Positions 8,178-16,419 of a stretch of DNA of 46,305 bases are shown one piece after another. The notes beneath the pieces were generated by a model. That model did not search any database, had not been told where the DNA came from, and was given only the letters and a program-made list of their open reading frames with translations. Within the stretch, counting starts at the first letter, position 1; each line of letters opens with the position of its first letter. Source of the stretch: a virus. The position numbers were made by a program, and so were the translations under genes. The DNA lies in the UHGV virus genome UHGV-1364013. One strand, written 5' to 3'.

Positions 8178-9006
8178 GATAAGCGCCCTCCGTGGCGGTT
8201 GAGAGTTGTTCATGGAATGCGGCCCATGTCGGGTCGTTTCCGATAAAGATTTCCGGTTCCAGAGGCCAGCGGCTTTTAGCCTGATATGCCGGGCGCTCTG
8301 CCGTGTAGATAACGCGGTCGCCGCTTCCTGTAGCCTTGGCCTTCTCTCCATCCTTCTTTACGATACGGGCCTTGTAGTTCAGGAAAAGAATCATTTCTGC
8401 CCATTCCATCCACAAAGCGGCCCCGCGCTTGTGAAGTTTAAGGGAGTATCGCTGATACGGCTCCGAGTCCGGTGGGTCGATGGTTACAGGCACAGCATGG
8501 GCGATAGTAACGATGTTCATGCCGCGAAGGGTACGGAGTTTTTCGAGCTTGGCTTGAATTGCCCGCCACACGTCATCAACTTTGACGTATCCTTTCCCGT
8601 ATCCAAAATCCTCAATGTTTTCTTTACCTTCTTTTGTACAGACGTACTGCCATACGATTGGCTCCAGCCAATCGAGGGAGTCAATAATCAGTGTCTTGAA
8701 CTGGTGATCCCCGCGCAATGCGGCTATTGCCGCATCAAGGTCCTGAAGACTAGTAATGAGCTTTGGAAATGTGGGGATGTCCAACGCTGCGGCTCCGTTC
8801 TCTGTCCTGAGCAGAACAGGAGACGGGAACGTCCCGGCAAAGGTGGTTTTGCCGATACCGGGAACCCCGTAGAGGACAATTTTCATCGGCTGAAATCCCT
8901 TACTGCTCACAATGGCGGAAATGTCGAATGGGTTGGTCAGTTCGCTTGCCTCGCATCCCAAAATACTCGCTGCCTGCACCGCCTGTTCTTGGGCTGTCTG
9001 TGTCAT
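8170..9006 (-). CDS. Sak4-like RecA-core ATPase (phage recombination/annealing)
   Basis: Walker A VLYGVPGIGKTT. About 278 aa. SD ggag before ATG 9006. Paired with DUF669. Confidence 0.6.
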   Translation of the reverse strand: MTQTAQEQAVQAASILGCEASELTNPFDISAIVSSKGFQPMKIVLYGVPGIGKTTFAGTFPSPVLLRTENGAAALDIPTFPKLITSLQDLDAAIAALRGDHQFKTLIIDSLDWLEPIVWQYVCTKEGKENIEDFGYGKGYVKVDDVWRAIQAKLEKLRTLRGMNIVTIAHAVPVTIDPPDSEPYQRYSLKLHKRGAALWMEWAEMILFLNYKARIVKKDGEKAKATGSGDRVIYTAERPAYQAKSRWPLEPEIFIGNDPTWAAFHEQLSTATEGAYHA

Positions 9007-9281
9007 TGTGTTTCTCCGGTTAAATGAAGGCCCCGGATACTTCGGGGCCGTAGTATTCGGGTTCATCGGGAATCGTGCGGTCTACGCTTTCCCTCTCCGC
9101 GTCGTACATATCTGCTTCTGGTTTCATCGCATGGCCTCCATCCCGTACAAGATCTGTGGAAGAATGCAGATACCGAGCATGACCGACATAAAGATGATGA
9201 CCGCAGCAACTCTAGCCCGGTCAACCTTCTTTCTAGGCCGTTTCAGTGATACCTTGGCGTGCTTCATGTAAACGTTGGAAA

Positions 9282-9527
9282 TCATGCCGCCACCCCCACC
9301 TTTTCAAGAACAGCGTCGATTCCGCCAGCCTCATCGACAAGGAGGCAGTCCGTGATGGGCCATGTTGGGACAAGTTCGCCATTGTCCCATTCCGCCGCCC
9401 AGAGGTTCCAGCCGTCCCTTGTAGCCTTAAGGAACGACATCACGGCTGCGGGTGAATCGAAAAAGCGTCTGACCGTCCCGCCGTAGAGCGAGTTCCCGGT
9501 TTCGATGCAGAAGAATGTTTGAGCCAT
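9282..9527 (-). CDS. Hypothetical protein
   Basis: SD aggag before ATG 9527. Confidence 0.4.
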   Translation of the reverse strand: MAQTFFCIETGNSLYGGTVRRFFDSPAAVMSFLKATRDGWNLWAAEWDNGELVPTWPITDCLLVDEAGGIDAVLEKVGVAA

Positions 9528-9604
9528 AATCTTTCTCCTACGTTGAAGTTTGGATTGTCCCAATCCCGATCAAAAAGCCCCGATGAATCGGGGCTTCTAC
9601 GGGG

Positions 9605-9787
9605 CTAGGCAGGAATCTTAACCAGAGCGTGCATAAAACCGGGCTTGAAGCGGCTTTTACCGTTGCTTGCCCAACACCATCCAGATGGGCCTCCTGCGGA
9701 TTCGTTCCATACCCATCCATAGGGGAGTCTTTCGAGCTTCATGATTGAAGGGTTATCAAGCTGGCTTTTGCGCTTGCGTGTTTTCAT
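9605..9787 (-). CDS. Hypothetical small basic protein
   Basis: SD aaaggagacgat before the ATG. Confidence 0.4.
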   Translation of the reverse strand: MKTRKRKSQLDNPSIMKLERLPYGWVWNESAGGPSGWCWASNGKSRFKPGFMHALVKIPA

Positions 9788-9864
9788 ATCGTCTCCTTTG
9801 ATTTTCTTGTCTCAATAAAACCCCGGCCGGGGTTCAATGGATATAGACTATTAAATTCCTTCTT

Positions 9865-9966
9865 CTTTTCTCTGCCCAGGCTTGCTTTATCGGCCGGGGG
9901 CTCAAGCTTGCCGCTGGTGTCCAGCTTACGGGCCTTCATCGCGCTGCTTGTCAAAGAACCGTGCGT
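9865..9966. repeat. Copy 1 of the 101-bp direct repeat (contains TTGACA; on the minus strand it encodes MKARKLDTSGK...)
   Basis: Over 90% identical to 11037-11137. Confidence 0.7.
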
Positions 9967-9975
9967 CGCTATGAG

Positions 9976-10203
9976 CTACCAAGCCCTGCACAGCGTCGCC
10001 GGAAAGTCGATTCCGGGGCGCACGCCGAAATATGCGGGCGTCCATTCGGCATCGTCATCCCAAGGTTCAGCCTGAGCCTCTTCTTCGCCGGGAAAGTCGT
10101 TGATGTACTGGCGGGCATCTTCGAGGCAGTCGAGATGTTCGATTTCGATTGCTCCGGTTGATGTCGCGGTCAGAACCGTGCAGGGCGTAGAAAAAGCGGT
10201 CAT
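9976..10203 (-). CDS. Hypothetical acidic protein
   Basis: SD aaggag before ATG 10203. Confidence 0.4.
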   Translation of the reverse strand: MTAFSTPCTVLTATSTGAIEIEHLDCLEDARQYINDFPGEEEAQAEPWDDDAEWTPAYFGVRPGIDFPATLCRAW

Positions 10204-10280
10204 GGCTGTTCTCCTTTGATCTTTCGGGATTGAATCCCAATCCCGGTTGCTACCCCGAAGAATCGGGGCAGGGGCCGGGG

Positions 10281-10994
10281 CTAGGCTGCCTTGATTCCGA
10301 ACCTTCCAATGAGCCATTCCCTACCGAGTTGCGTCCATCTACGGTGGTAGACAACCTTGTCGTTCTCAAGCACTTCCTGCTTGATGTGGACGTATCCGAG
10401 TTCAGCATATTCTGCGTACAGGACATAGGTTCCGTTCTGCTTGTATTGGATGTGCTGTTCACAGAGGACCCGATTGAAGGCTACGGCACTGCGGAATCCG
10501 AGCTCCTTAGCGATTTCTGTTGTGGTGTACGTCTTGCGGACGTGAGAGAGGATAGCGACGCGCTTTTCAGCATTGACGCGTGCCTCGCGTTCTTCCTTGA
10601 GGGCGGTGAGGAGTTGGATACCGAATTCCGGGTTGTCCAGAATCTGATTGACGACATTCTCGGTGGCGTAGATGCCATGCTTGCGGATAGACGGTACGAC
10701 ATCACCAGCAAGCCACTTTTGGAACGGCAAGGCTGTGGGCTTATCCGATCTGGCAAGGAAAAAGTACAGACCGGGCTCGGAAATGATGAGCATTTCCTGT
10801 TCGCCGCCGGGGGTAGCAATCCGATTGCTACCCTTCCATTCATCCGGTACAGCCTGAAAAACGGTTGTCATGTTTGTGCTGGCATACCCCAACGCTACGG
10901 CCACATCCTTCGCCACAAACCACGGTTCGCCATTGTGTTCGACAACGCGAACCTGCCCAAACTCTTCTTTCTGAAACAACATCAGTTCGTTCAT
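10281..10994 (-). CDS. Bro-N/KilA-C antirepressor-like protein
   Basis: MNELMLFQKEEFGQVRVVEHNGEPWFVAKDVAVALGY is a Bro-N domain. The C-terminal ORF6C/KilAC-like region is present. Confidence 0.6.
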   Translation of the reverse strand: MNELMLFQKEEFGQVRVVEHNGEPWFVAKDVAVALGYASTNMTTVFQAVPDEWKGSNRIATPGGEQEMLIISEPGLYFFLARSDKPTALPFQKWLAGDVVPSIRKHGIYATENVVNQILDNPEFGIQLLTALKEEREARVNAEKRVAILSHVRKTYTTTEIAKELGFRSAVAFNRVLCEQHIQYKQNGTYVLYAEYAELGYVHIKQEVLENDKVVYHRRWTQLGREWLIGRFGIKAA

Positions 10995-11036
10995 GCTTGA
11001 TCCTTGGTTGAGGTTGACGTTCCAAAGTCCCTTTTC

Positions 11037-11137
11037 CTTTTCTCTACCCCGGCTTGCTTTATCCGCCGGGGGCTCAGGCTTGCCGCTGGTGTCCAGCTTA
11101 CGGGCCTTCATCGCGCTGCTTGTCAAAGAAACGTGCG
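11037..11137. repeat. Copy 2 of the 101-bp direct repeat
   Basis: See copy 1. On the minus strand it reads in-frame into the Bro-N ORF. Confidence 0.7.
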
Positions 11138-11155
11138 GGCATCCCGCGAAATTCG

Positions 11156-11395
11156 TTATCCGGCGTAAAGCCATTCTGCCTTTGATGCCCAACCGTCTAC
11201 TATCCAAGGCTTTTCGAGGTAGGCATCCTCATCCAGCGGGGCACGCCCGTCATCCTGCGGGCTGTAGTTCTCGGCCTTGACCACCTTGCCGCCATGCTCC
11301 TCCGCGAACTCGCGGGCCTCTTCGAGTGTGTCGCATTCGTCGACGCATTCAGTGCCGTTGATGAAGTTGATCACGAGGTAGGTGGGTGTGGTCAT
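11156..11395 (-). CDS. Hypothetical acidic protein (first gene of the leftward operon)
   Basis: SD aaaggagaat before the ATG. Confidence 0.45.
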   Translation of the reverse strand: MTTPTYLVINFINGTECVDECDTLEEAREFAEEHGGKVVKAENYSPQDDGRAPLDEDAYLEKPWIVDGWASKAEWLYAG

Positions 11396-11574
11396 GGCAT
11401 TCTCCTTTAGGCGTATTTCTCACCCCCTTCCCTGCCGTCGCGTGCTTTCCCGCTCCTGATGGCTTGCGGCTTGCCGTGCTCGGTACTTGTGGGGGATTCC
11501 TCGGAACGGGGCGTTATGGCTACTTTTCGGCTGGTGTGCCGGGTGTGTTCGCTTTCCCCGTTCGTTGTGAAGAC

Positions 11575-11603
11575 AATATATACGTATGCGAATTTTACGT
11601 CAA
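11575..11603 (-). promoter_or_regulatory. Candidate leftward early promoter (TTGACG-17-TATATT) overlapping operator palindrome ATACGTAT (11580-11587)
   Basis: Read on the minus strand. Confidence 0.4.
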
Positions 11604-11689
11604 TCAATAAATTTCATCGAGCCCAAGTTGCTGAGCTTTGACCCCTAAAGCGCGCGACAAGTTCGCCTGACTGACGCCACATTTTTTAC

Positions 11690-11718
11690 TTGCATATAGA
11701 TACGTATATGTATAAACT
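11690..11718 (+). promoter_or_regulatory. Candidate rightward early promoter (TTGCAT-17-TAAACT) with operator palindrome ATACGTAT (11700-11707) in the spacer
   Basis: The -10 ends 7 nt before ATG 11725, implying a leaderless transcript. Confidence 0.45.
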
Positions 11719-11724
11719 TACGCC

Positions 11725-11961
11725 ATGAACACCGAACTTTTCAGAACTCACTTGCGCGAAAGAATGCAGATTACCCGGGCAACCCAGATAGAAGTCGAAG
11801 AAAAGACTGGAGTTTCTCAGGCGTCGATTTCGCGTTTTTTGTCAGGGGCAAGGATTAATTCTGACAACTTGTTCAAGTTATGGGAGTTCGTTTACGAGGG
11901 GCAATTTCCATCCACCCCCAGCACTCCCACCGAACCCGAAGAGGTGAGCCGTGCTGAATAA
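11725..11961 (+). CDS. Small HTH (XRE/Cro-like) transcriptional regulator
   Basis: QIEVEEKTGVSQASISRFLSG is a helix-turn-helix. No SD upstream. Confidence 0.6.
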   Translation: MNTELFRTHLRERMQITRATQIEVEEKTGVSQASISRFLSGARINSDNLFKLWEFVYEGQFPSTPSTPTEPEEVSRAE

Positions 11962-12045
11962 CTTTTTCCTCGCCGTTGCCGTGGCCCTGATCATCGACCT
12001 GATGGAAACGGAGACGGCTGTGCAGCATGAGGGGAGGAAGGGAGA

Positions 12046-12483
12046 ATGCCGATCCTGATTTGCCAACAGTGCGGGCGGATGTTTGAGGTGGCTCCCAGCC
12101 GTGAGCATTCGGCAAGGTACTGCTCAAAGGAGTGCCAGCTTGCCGCCACCCAGAAAAAAGAGGCCAAGTGTGAATGCTGCGGAAAGGAGTTCAATCCCCT
12201 TAACCGCAAGACCCCGCGTTTTTGCTCCCGCATCTGTGCCAGCGCAGCGCAAAGCGGCTTGAGCCGGGAAGCGTATCTCGCAAAAAAAAGCGCGGACAAG
12301 GCAGACCCTCGCGAGGGCAAGCACCTGTGCGCGGGAGTTGCCGGAAAGAGCTGCGGGCGGTGGATCACCGACTACAGATGCCCTCAATGCTGGGAAAAGT
12401 TGCGTAAAGGATCCGACGCTGAGGGGCTTCCCTCATACGAATTTCACGGAAGAAGATCCGGGGGGATGGAATGGGACTGGTAG
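12046..12483 (+). CDS. Zinc-ribbon protein with two CxxCG..F..RFCSxxC repeats
   Basis: SD gaggggaggaaggg before the ATG. Confidence 0.5.
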   Translation: MPILICQQCGRMFEVAPSREHSARYCSKECQLAATQKKEAKCECCGKEFNPLNRKTPRFCSRICASAAQSGLSREAYLAKKSADKADPREGKHLCAGVAGKSCGRWITDYRCPQCWEKLRKGSDAEGLPSYEFHGRRSGGMEWDW

Positions 12484-12801
12484 GGCCGGGCCCCTGCCTT
12501 CACGGTCGGCTTCACCGTGATGGGCGCCGCGTCCTGTGCTTCGCAGATTGGTCGCAAGAATACGGAGTCCCAACGTGGACGGCTCGAAATGGGTTCATCA
12601 AAGACGTGAACTTTTGCCGCCTGTACTGCGAGAAGAGGCCGGACATTGTTGAAGTAGAACTTGAAGGTTTCAAGGCATAAGGCAAAAGAAAAGGCCCGAT
12701 GCGGGAACACCGGGCCAAGGGAAGATGAAACATGCGAATTCATCAGAATGATGGAATGAGTGTGCCAGATGCTAGGCGTTCCGTCAAGGGAAAGGTGTAA
12801 T

Positions 12802-13914
12802 ATGGAACGCGGTTTTTTCAAAATCTATCGAAAAATAGAGGACTCGAAGGCGTGGAGTCGGGGCGCACTGTATCGTGGGCTGATGATTACCCTTCTCCAG
12901 AAGGCGAACTGGAAGCAAGGGTACTTTCACGGGCAAAAAATCCTGCCGGGTCAGCTGGCGTTCAGCGGTGAGTGCCTTGCGGATGAACTCGACATACCCA
13001 GAACTTCGGTTGTTCGCATGTTGCGGAATCTTGAACTTGACGGCTTCCTGACGCGCTCAAACATGAACAACCGATATACGCTTGTAACTATAACAAATTG
13101 GCATAGTTATCAGTCTGTAGAAAACAACTGTGGTCAACCGATGGTCAACCACTGGTCAACCGATGGTCGACCAGTGGACACTATCAAAGAAGGTAAGAAA
13201 GAAAGAATAAATACACCCCCCTTACCCCCCACGGGGGGGAAAGTGTGTGCGGACGAGTACGAACTCAGTTGCGGAACCAGTGCCAACAGCATGGATACCA
13301 GGCCATGTGAGGCCAGTTTGGCCGCAGATGAAATCAAGGCTCAGAGCAGCCTTCAGGCGGGCGGCATGGAACCTAGGCCGTGCTGCCCCCCGAATGGCGA
13401 TGTTACGAACACGTCGGACACCGGTAGCCGCGCCAACAGCATGGACACCAGGCCATGTGAGGCGAAGGGCCGAAAAGCGAAGACACCGCGTATGCCGAAA
13501 GGGGCGGATCTTCCACCGTACACCGAGCAGTTCGAGCGAATTTGGGCCAAATACCCGCGCAAGGATGCCAAGGGGAAGGCTTACAAGGCCTACATGGAGC
13601 TTTTGAAAGCTGGCGCATTGCCGGAAACGGACGACCTCATCGAGCGCATAACGTATCGCAAGTTCGAGCCCGATTGGGAGCGAGAAAACGGGAAATACGT
13701 GCCCTATTTCTCGACATGGCTGCACAATCGTGGCTGGGAAGATGCGGGCTGTTTCAGCGATACGACGCCGGAACAGCGGGCGAGGAATGAAAGGGCTTCC
13801 GCGATTTATGCGAAGTACAACGGCGGGATGTGGAAACCGGGCCTGACTGTCGAGCAGGTGGAGGAGAACTGCGACCGCATGTATGCCGAGCTTGAGGCCG
13901 AGGGGTTGCTGTGA
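12802..13914 (+). CDS. Replication initiator/replisome organiser (O-like N-terminal domain)
   Basis: N-terminus MERGFFKIYRKIEDSKAW...LQKANW is a phage replisome-organiser type. Internal iterons present. SD gggaaagg before the ATG. Confidence 0.5.
   Translation: MERGFFKIYRKIEDSKAWSRGALYRGLMITLLQKANWKQGYFHGQKILPGQLAFSGECLADELDIPRTSVVRMLRNLELDGFLTRSNMNNRYTLVTITNWHSYQSVENNCGQPMVNHWSTDGRPVDTIKEGKKERINTPPLPPTGGKVCADEYELSCGTSANSMDTRPCEASLAADEIKAQSSLQAGGMEPRPCCPPNGDVTNTSDTGSRANSMDTRPCEAKGRKAKTPRMPKGADLPPYTEQFERIWAKYPRKDAKGKAYKAYMELLKAGALPETDDLIERITYRKFEPDWERENGKYVPYFSTWLHNRGWEDAGCFSDTTPEQRARNERASAIYAKYNGGMWKPGLTVEQVEENCDRMYAELEAEGLL
13131..13215. repeat. Four tandem 12-bp iteron-like repeats (GGTCAACCGATG-type) followed by an AT-rich stretch, inside the initiator gene
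   Basis: tggtcaaccgatggtcaaccactggtcaaccgatggtcgaccagtgg, then aagaaggtaagaaagaaagaataaata. Confidence 0.45.
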
Positions 13915-15701
13915 TGGCCGCCCGTTGTCTTGAATCCGCGCTCAGGTTGCAGGCGATGGGATGCAGCGTCATTCCGCTCGTTCCGCAGTCAAAGCGCCCA
14001 TTGGCAAAGGCTCTTCCCGGCGGAAAATGGGAAGAATTTCAGCATAGGATACCCACGCCTGAAGAAATCCGCGGCTGGTTTGAAATCGAGCCCAACGCAA
14101 ATATCGCACTGGTATGCGGCGAAGTTTCGGGCGTGGTGGCGATCGATGTCGACGGGCCGAAGGGTCAAGCGTGGTTCAAGTCTCATATGCCGCCCCCCAA
14201 CTGGTACCAAATGACTTCGGCAAAGGACAAGTTCCACGCGTTCTATCAGCATCCCGGCGGGGGAAGGCGTATTCCTCCGTCCGTCTCGCTGGTGAACGAT
14301 GAAATCGACGTGCGCGGGGATGGCTCCTATGTCGTGTTTGCTCCGTCGATACACCCTTCCGGGGCGGAGTATCGGGCGCATCAGCTTGATGGCTTTTCCG
14401 GCATAGATTCCCTTGTCCCCCTGCCGGATATCCAGCTGGTTCGAGTGGGTGAAGATAAATACGAGGTCAAAGAAGTCCAGGATGGTTCGGCGACGGATCA
14501 TGATGCTGACGTTCAAAAGGGCGGTAGAAATCAGGCGATTACCAGTCTTTGCGGGAGGATGTACGCCAGGGGGCTGCGGGGGGAAGAGGTTTTGCTGTAT
14601 GCGCAGGCATGGAACCGTGCGCACTGCAAACCACCGTTGCCGGACACGGAAGTGAACACGATTGTGCGGAGCATGGCTTCGACACACAGGAACAGAAACC
14701 CACAGAAGCTCAACGCAGGGGGGGTATCCCGCTGGGTTGCCATGTCTTCGGGCGAGTTTTGCATTGCAGATATTTACCGCGATCTTGGCATCCTGAAAGC
14801 CGAAGACAGGGAACTGTGCCAGCAGGAACTTCGGGAGCTTCTTTCTCGTGGGGAAATCGAGCCCTGCGGGAAACGCTCCGGATGGTATCGCAAGCGTGAA
14901 AGCGGATTGGAAGTCATAGACCTTGTACAAGAGGAAACCCCACCGTTGGATTTGTGGCTCCCCTTTGGACTTCACAGAATGTGCTTTGTCCAGCCCCGGA
15001 ATATCATCGTGATCGCTGGCGAAACAAACTCGGGGAAGACGGGCCTGCTTTTCAATTTTTGCTACATGAACAGGCACAAGCACAAGATCCGCTATCTCTC
15101 TTCTGAAATGACGCCGAATGAAATCAGGGGACGCATAGAACGTTTTGGGCTTGCGGTTGAAGAATGGTCGAAATTTACAACGTTTATTCAGCGTTCCAAT
15201 CATTTTCATGATGCCATAGACCCAAATGGCATCAATATTGTTGATTTCTTGGAAGTTTATGAAGATTTTTCGAAAATAGGGGGAGACATCAAAAAGATTT
15301 TTGATCGTCTTCAAAATGGAATCGCAATCATTACGATTCAGAAGAAGAAAGGGGAGATGTTCGGAAGAGGTGGGGAATTCACTCTCGAAAAAGCAAGACT
15401 CGGCATTTCTCTTTTCACGCACGGGCATCTCCCAAACGGCATAGTTGGAAGCATGAAGGTGACCAAATGCAAGAACTATAGATCAGGATTCAATCCTGAA
15501 GGAAGAGAACAGTTCTTTAGGCTGCTTGATGGTTATTTTTATGACTCCTCACCTATTCAGGAGATACCGGATTACAACCCACATTTGGTTTTTTGGGCTG
15601 AAAAAGACAGGAAACGCCTCATTGATTCAATCGGCGATTACTGCAAGCAGATTGCAGAGATTCAAAAGACGCAAGAAATAATAGATTTTTACGGAGAATG
15701 A
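13911..15701 (+). CDS. Bifunctional primase-polymerase (Prim-Pol + PriCT-1) fused to a RecA/DnaB-like P-loop helicase domain
   Basis: SVIPLVPQSKRP...ALVCGEVSGVVAIDVDG is Prim-Pol. AITSLCGRMYARG is PriCT. IIVIAGETNSGKTGLLF is Walker A. The start overlaps the upstream stop (GTGATGG). Confidence 0.65.
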   Translation: MMAARCLESALRLQAMGCSVIPLVPQSKRPLAKALPGGKWEEFQHRIPTPEEIRGWFEIEPNANIALVCGEVSGVVAIDVDGPKGQAWFKSHMPPPNWYQMTSAKDKFHAFYQHPGGGRRIPPSVSLVNDEIDVRGDGSYVVFAPSIHPSGAEYRAHQLDGFSGIDSLVPLPDIQLVRVGEDKYEVKEVQDGSATDHDADVQKGGRNQAITSLCGRMYARGLRGEEVLLYAQAWNRAHCKPPLPDTEVNTIVRSMASTHRNRNPQKLNAGGVSRWVAMSSGEFCIADIYRDLGILKAEDRELCQQELRELLSRGEIEPCGKRSGWYRKRESGLEVIDLVQEETPPLDLWLPFGLHRMCFVQPRNIIVIAGETNSGKTGLLFNFCYMNRHKHKIRYLSSEMTPNEIRGRIERFGLAVEEWSKFTTFIQRSNHFHDAIDPNGINIVDFLEVYEDFSKIGGDIKKIFDRLQNGIAIITIQKKKGEMFGRGGEFTLEKARLGISLFTHGHLPNGIVGSMKVTKCKNYRSGFNPEGREQFFRLLDGYFYDSSPIQEIPDYNPHLVFWAEKDRKRLIDSIGDYCKQIAEIQKTQEIIDFYGE

Positions 15702-15702
15702 T

Positions 15703-15990
15703 ATGTGTGAAGCAAAAACGTTCAAAGAGCTCATGGATGCTGTTTTTGACCTTTGTGAAGAAAGAATAGAGGTAAATAGGACGATCAATATCGTTGGCGA
15801 TCTCATCGTCATCGATAGGCCGAATGAATGGAAATATGAAATTCCCCTCAAGGATTGCGAGACAATCTGCGGCGCACTCAGTTGGATTTTCCATATGCAG
15901 GAAAAAACATGGGTCACACAGCCAATGGCTAAACGGATTGCAGCATTGATATGTGAGCATAACGGTCAAGAGTTTTGGGGAGGGAATTGA
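15703..15990 (+). CDS. Hypothetical protein (AT-rich island)
   Basis: SD ggagaatgat before the ATG. Confidence 0.4.
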   Translation: MCEAKTFKELMDAVFDLCEERIEVNRTINIVGDLIVIDRPNEWKYEIPLKDCETICGALSWIFHMQEKTWVTQPMAKRIAALICEHNGQEFWGGN

Positions 15991-16079
15991 TGCTCAGTAT
16001 CCGCTGGTTTTTGAAGGGCTGCATCGTATCCGCCGCATGTCATGGGGCTATCGGGCCAAAAACCGCGCATTGGCTTTTG

Positions 16080-16419
16080 TCTGTCCTTGGGCTGGTTCAT
16101 GTTTGAGTGCCCAAGGTATTGTGAAATCTTCGGCCCCGGTGCGTGTGTTGGGGTATTTGACAAAAAGGAGTGTGTGGTCAACAACCCCTGCCTAAAGGCA
16201 GAGGCTTGATAAAAGCCTTGGTTGACTAGCCTCAGACCGCCCAAAAGGCGGACTACGTTGGTTGGGAATGCATAGGCACCGCGGGATGACAATCCTAGTC
16301 CCGCGCTCTGCGGTTCGCGGTTAAAAGCTCTGAGAGGTAGGAGCGGTGCCGCGAACAGGTAAACCCCTTCCAACATTGGCGAAGGATTACAACCGGTCGC
16401 AAGACCGAGGAGACAAATC
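16080..16419 (+). ncRNA. Structured non-coding region (many G.U-compatible hairpins, nested long-range pairing); candidate ncRNA
   Basis: Stems: ccttgggc/gcccaagg; ctgcc-taaa-ggcag; aggctt-gata-aagcct; ccgcc-caaaa-ggcgg; cgcggga/tcccgcg nested inside ggcaccgc/gcggtgcc. No convincing ORF. Confidence 0.35.

Noticed and set aside
8206-9027. 273-aa plus-strand ORF opposite the Sak4-like ATPase
   Set aside because: Same reason. The minus-strand gene has a P-loop and SD. The plus-frame product has no recognisable features.
12471-12680. 69-aa ORF overlapping the end of the zinc-ribbon gene
   Set aside because: No SD and a weak composition. It may be real, but it cannot be supported from sequence alone.
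13989-15428. 479-aa minus-strand ORF antisense to the primase/helicase gene
   Set aside because: Antisense long ORFs are expected in high-GC DNA. The plus-strand gene has clear Prim-Pol, PriCT and Walker-A motifs, and the antisense product is low-complexity and Arg/Pro-rich.
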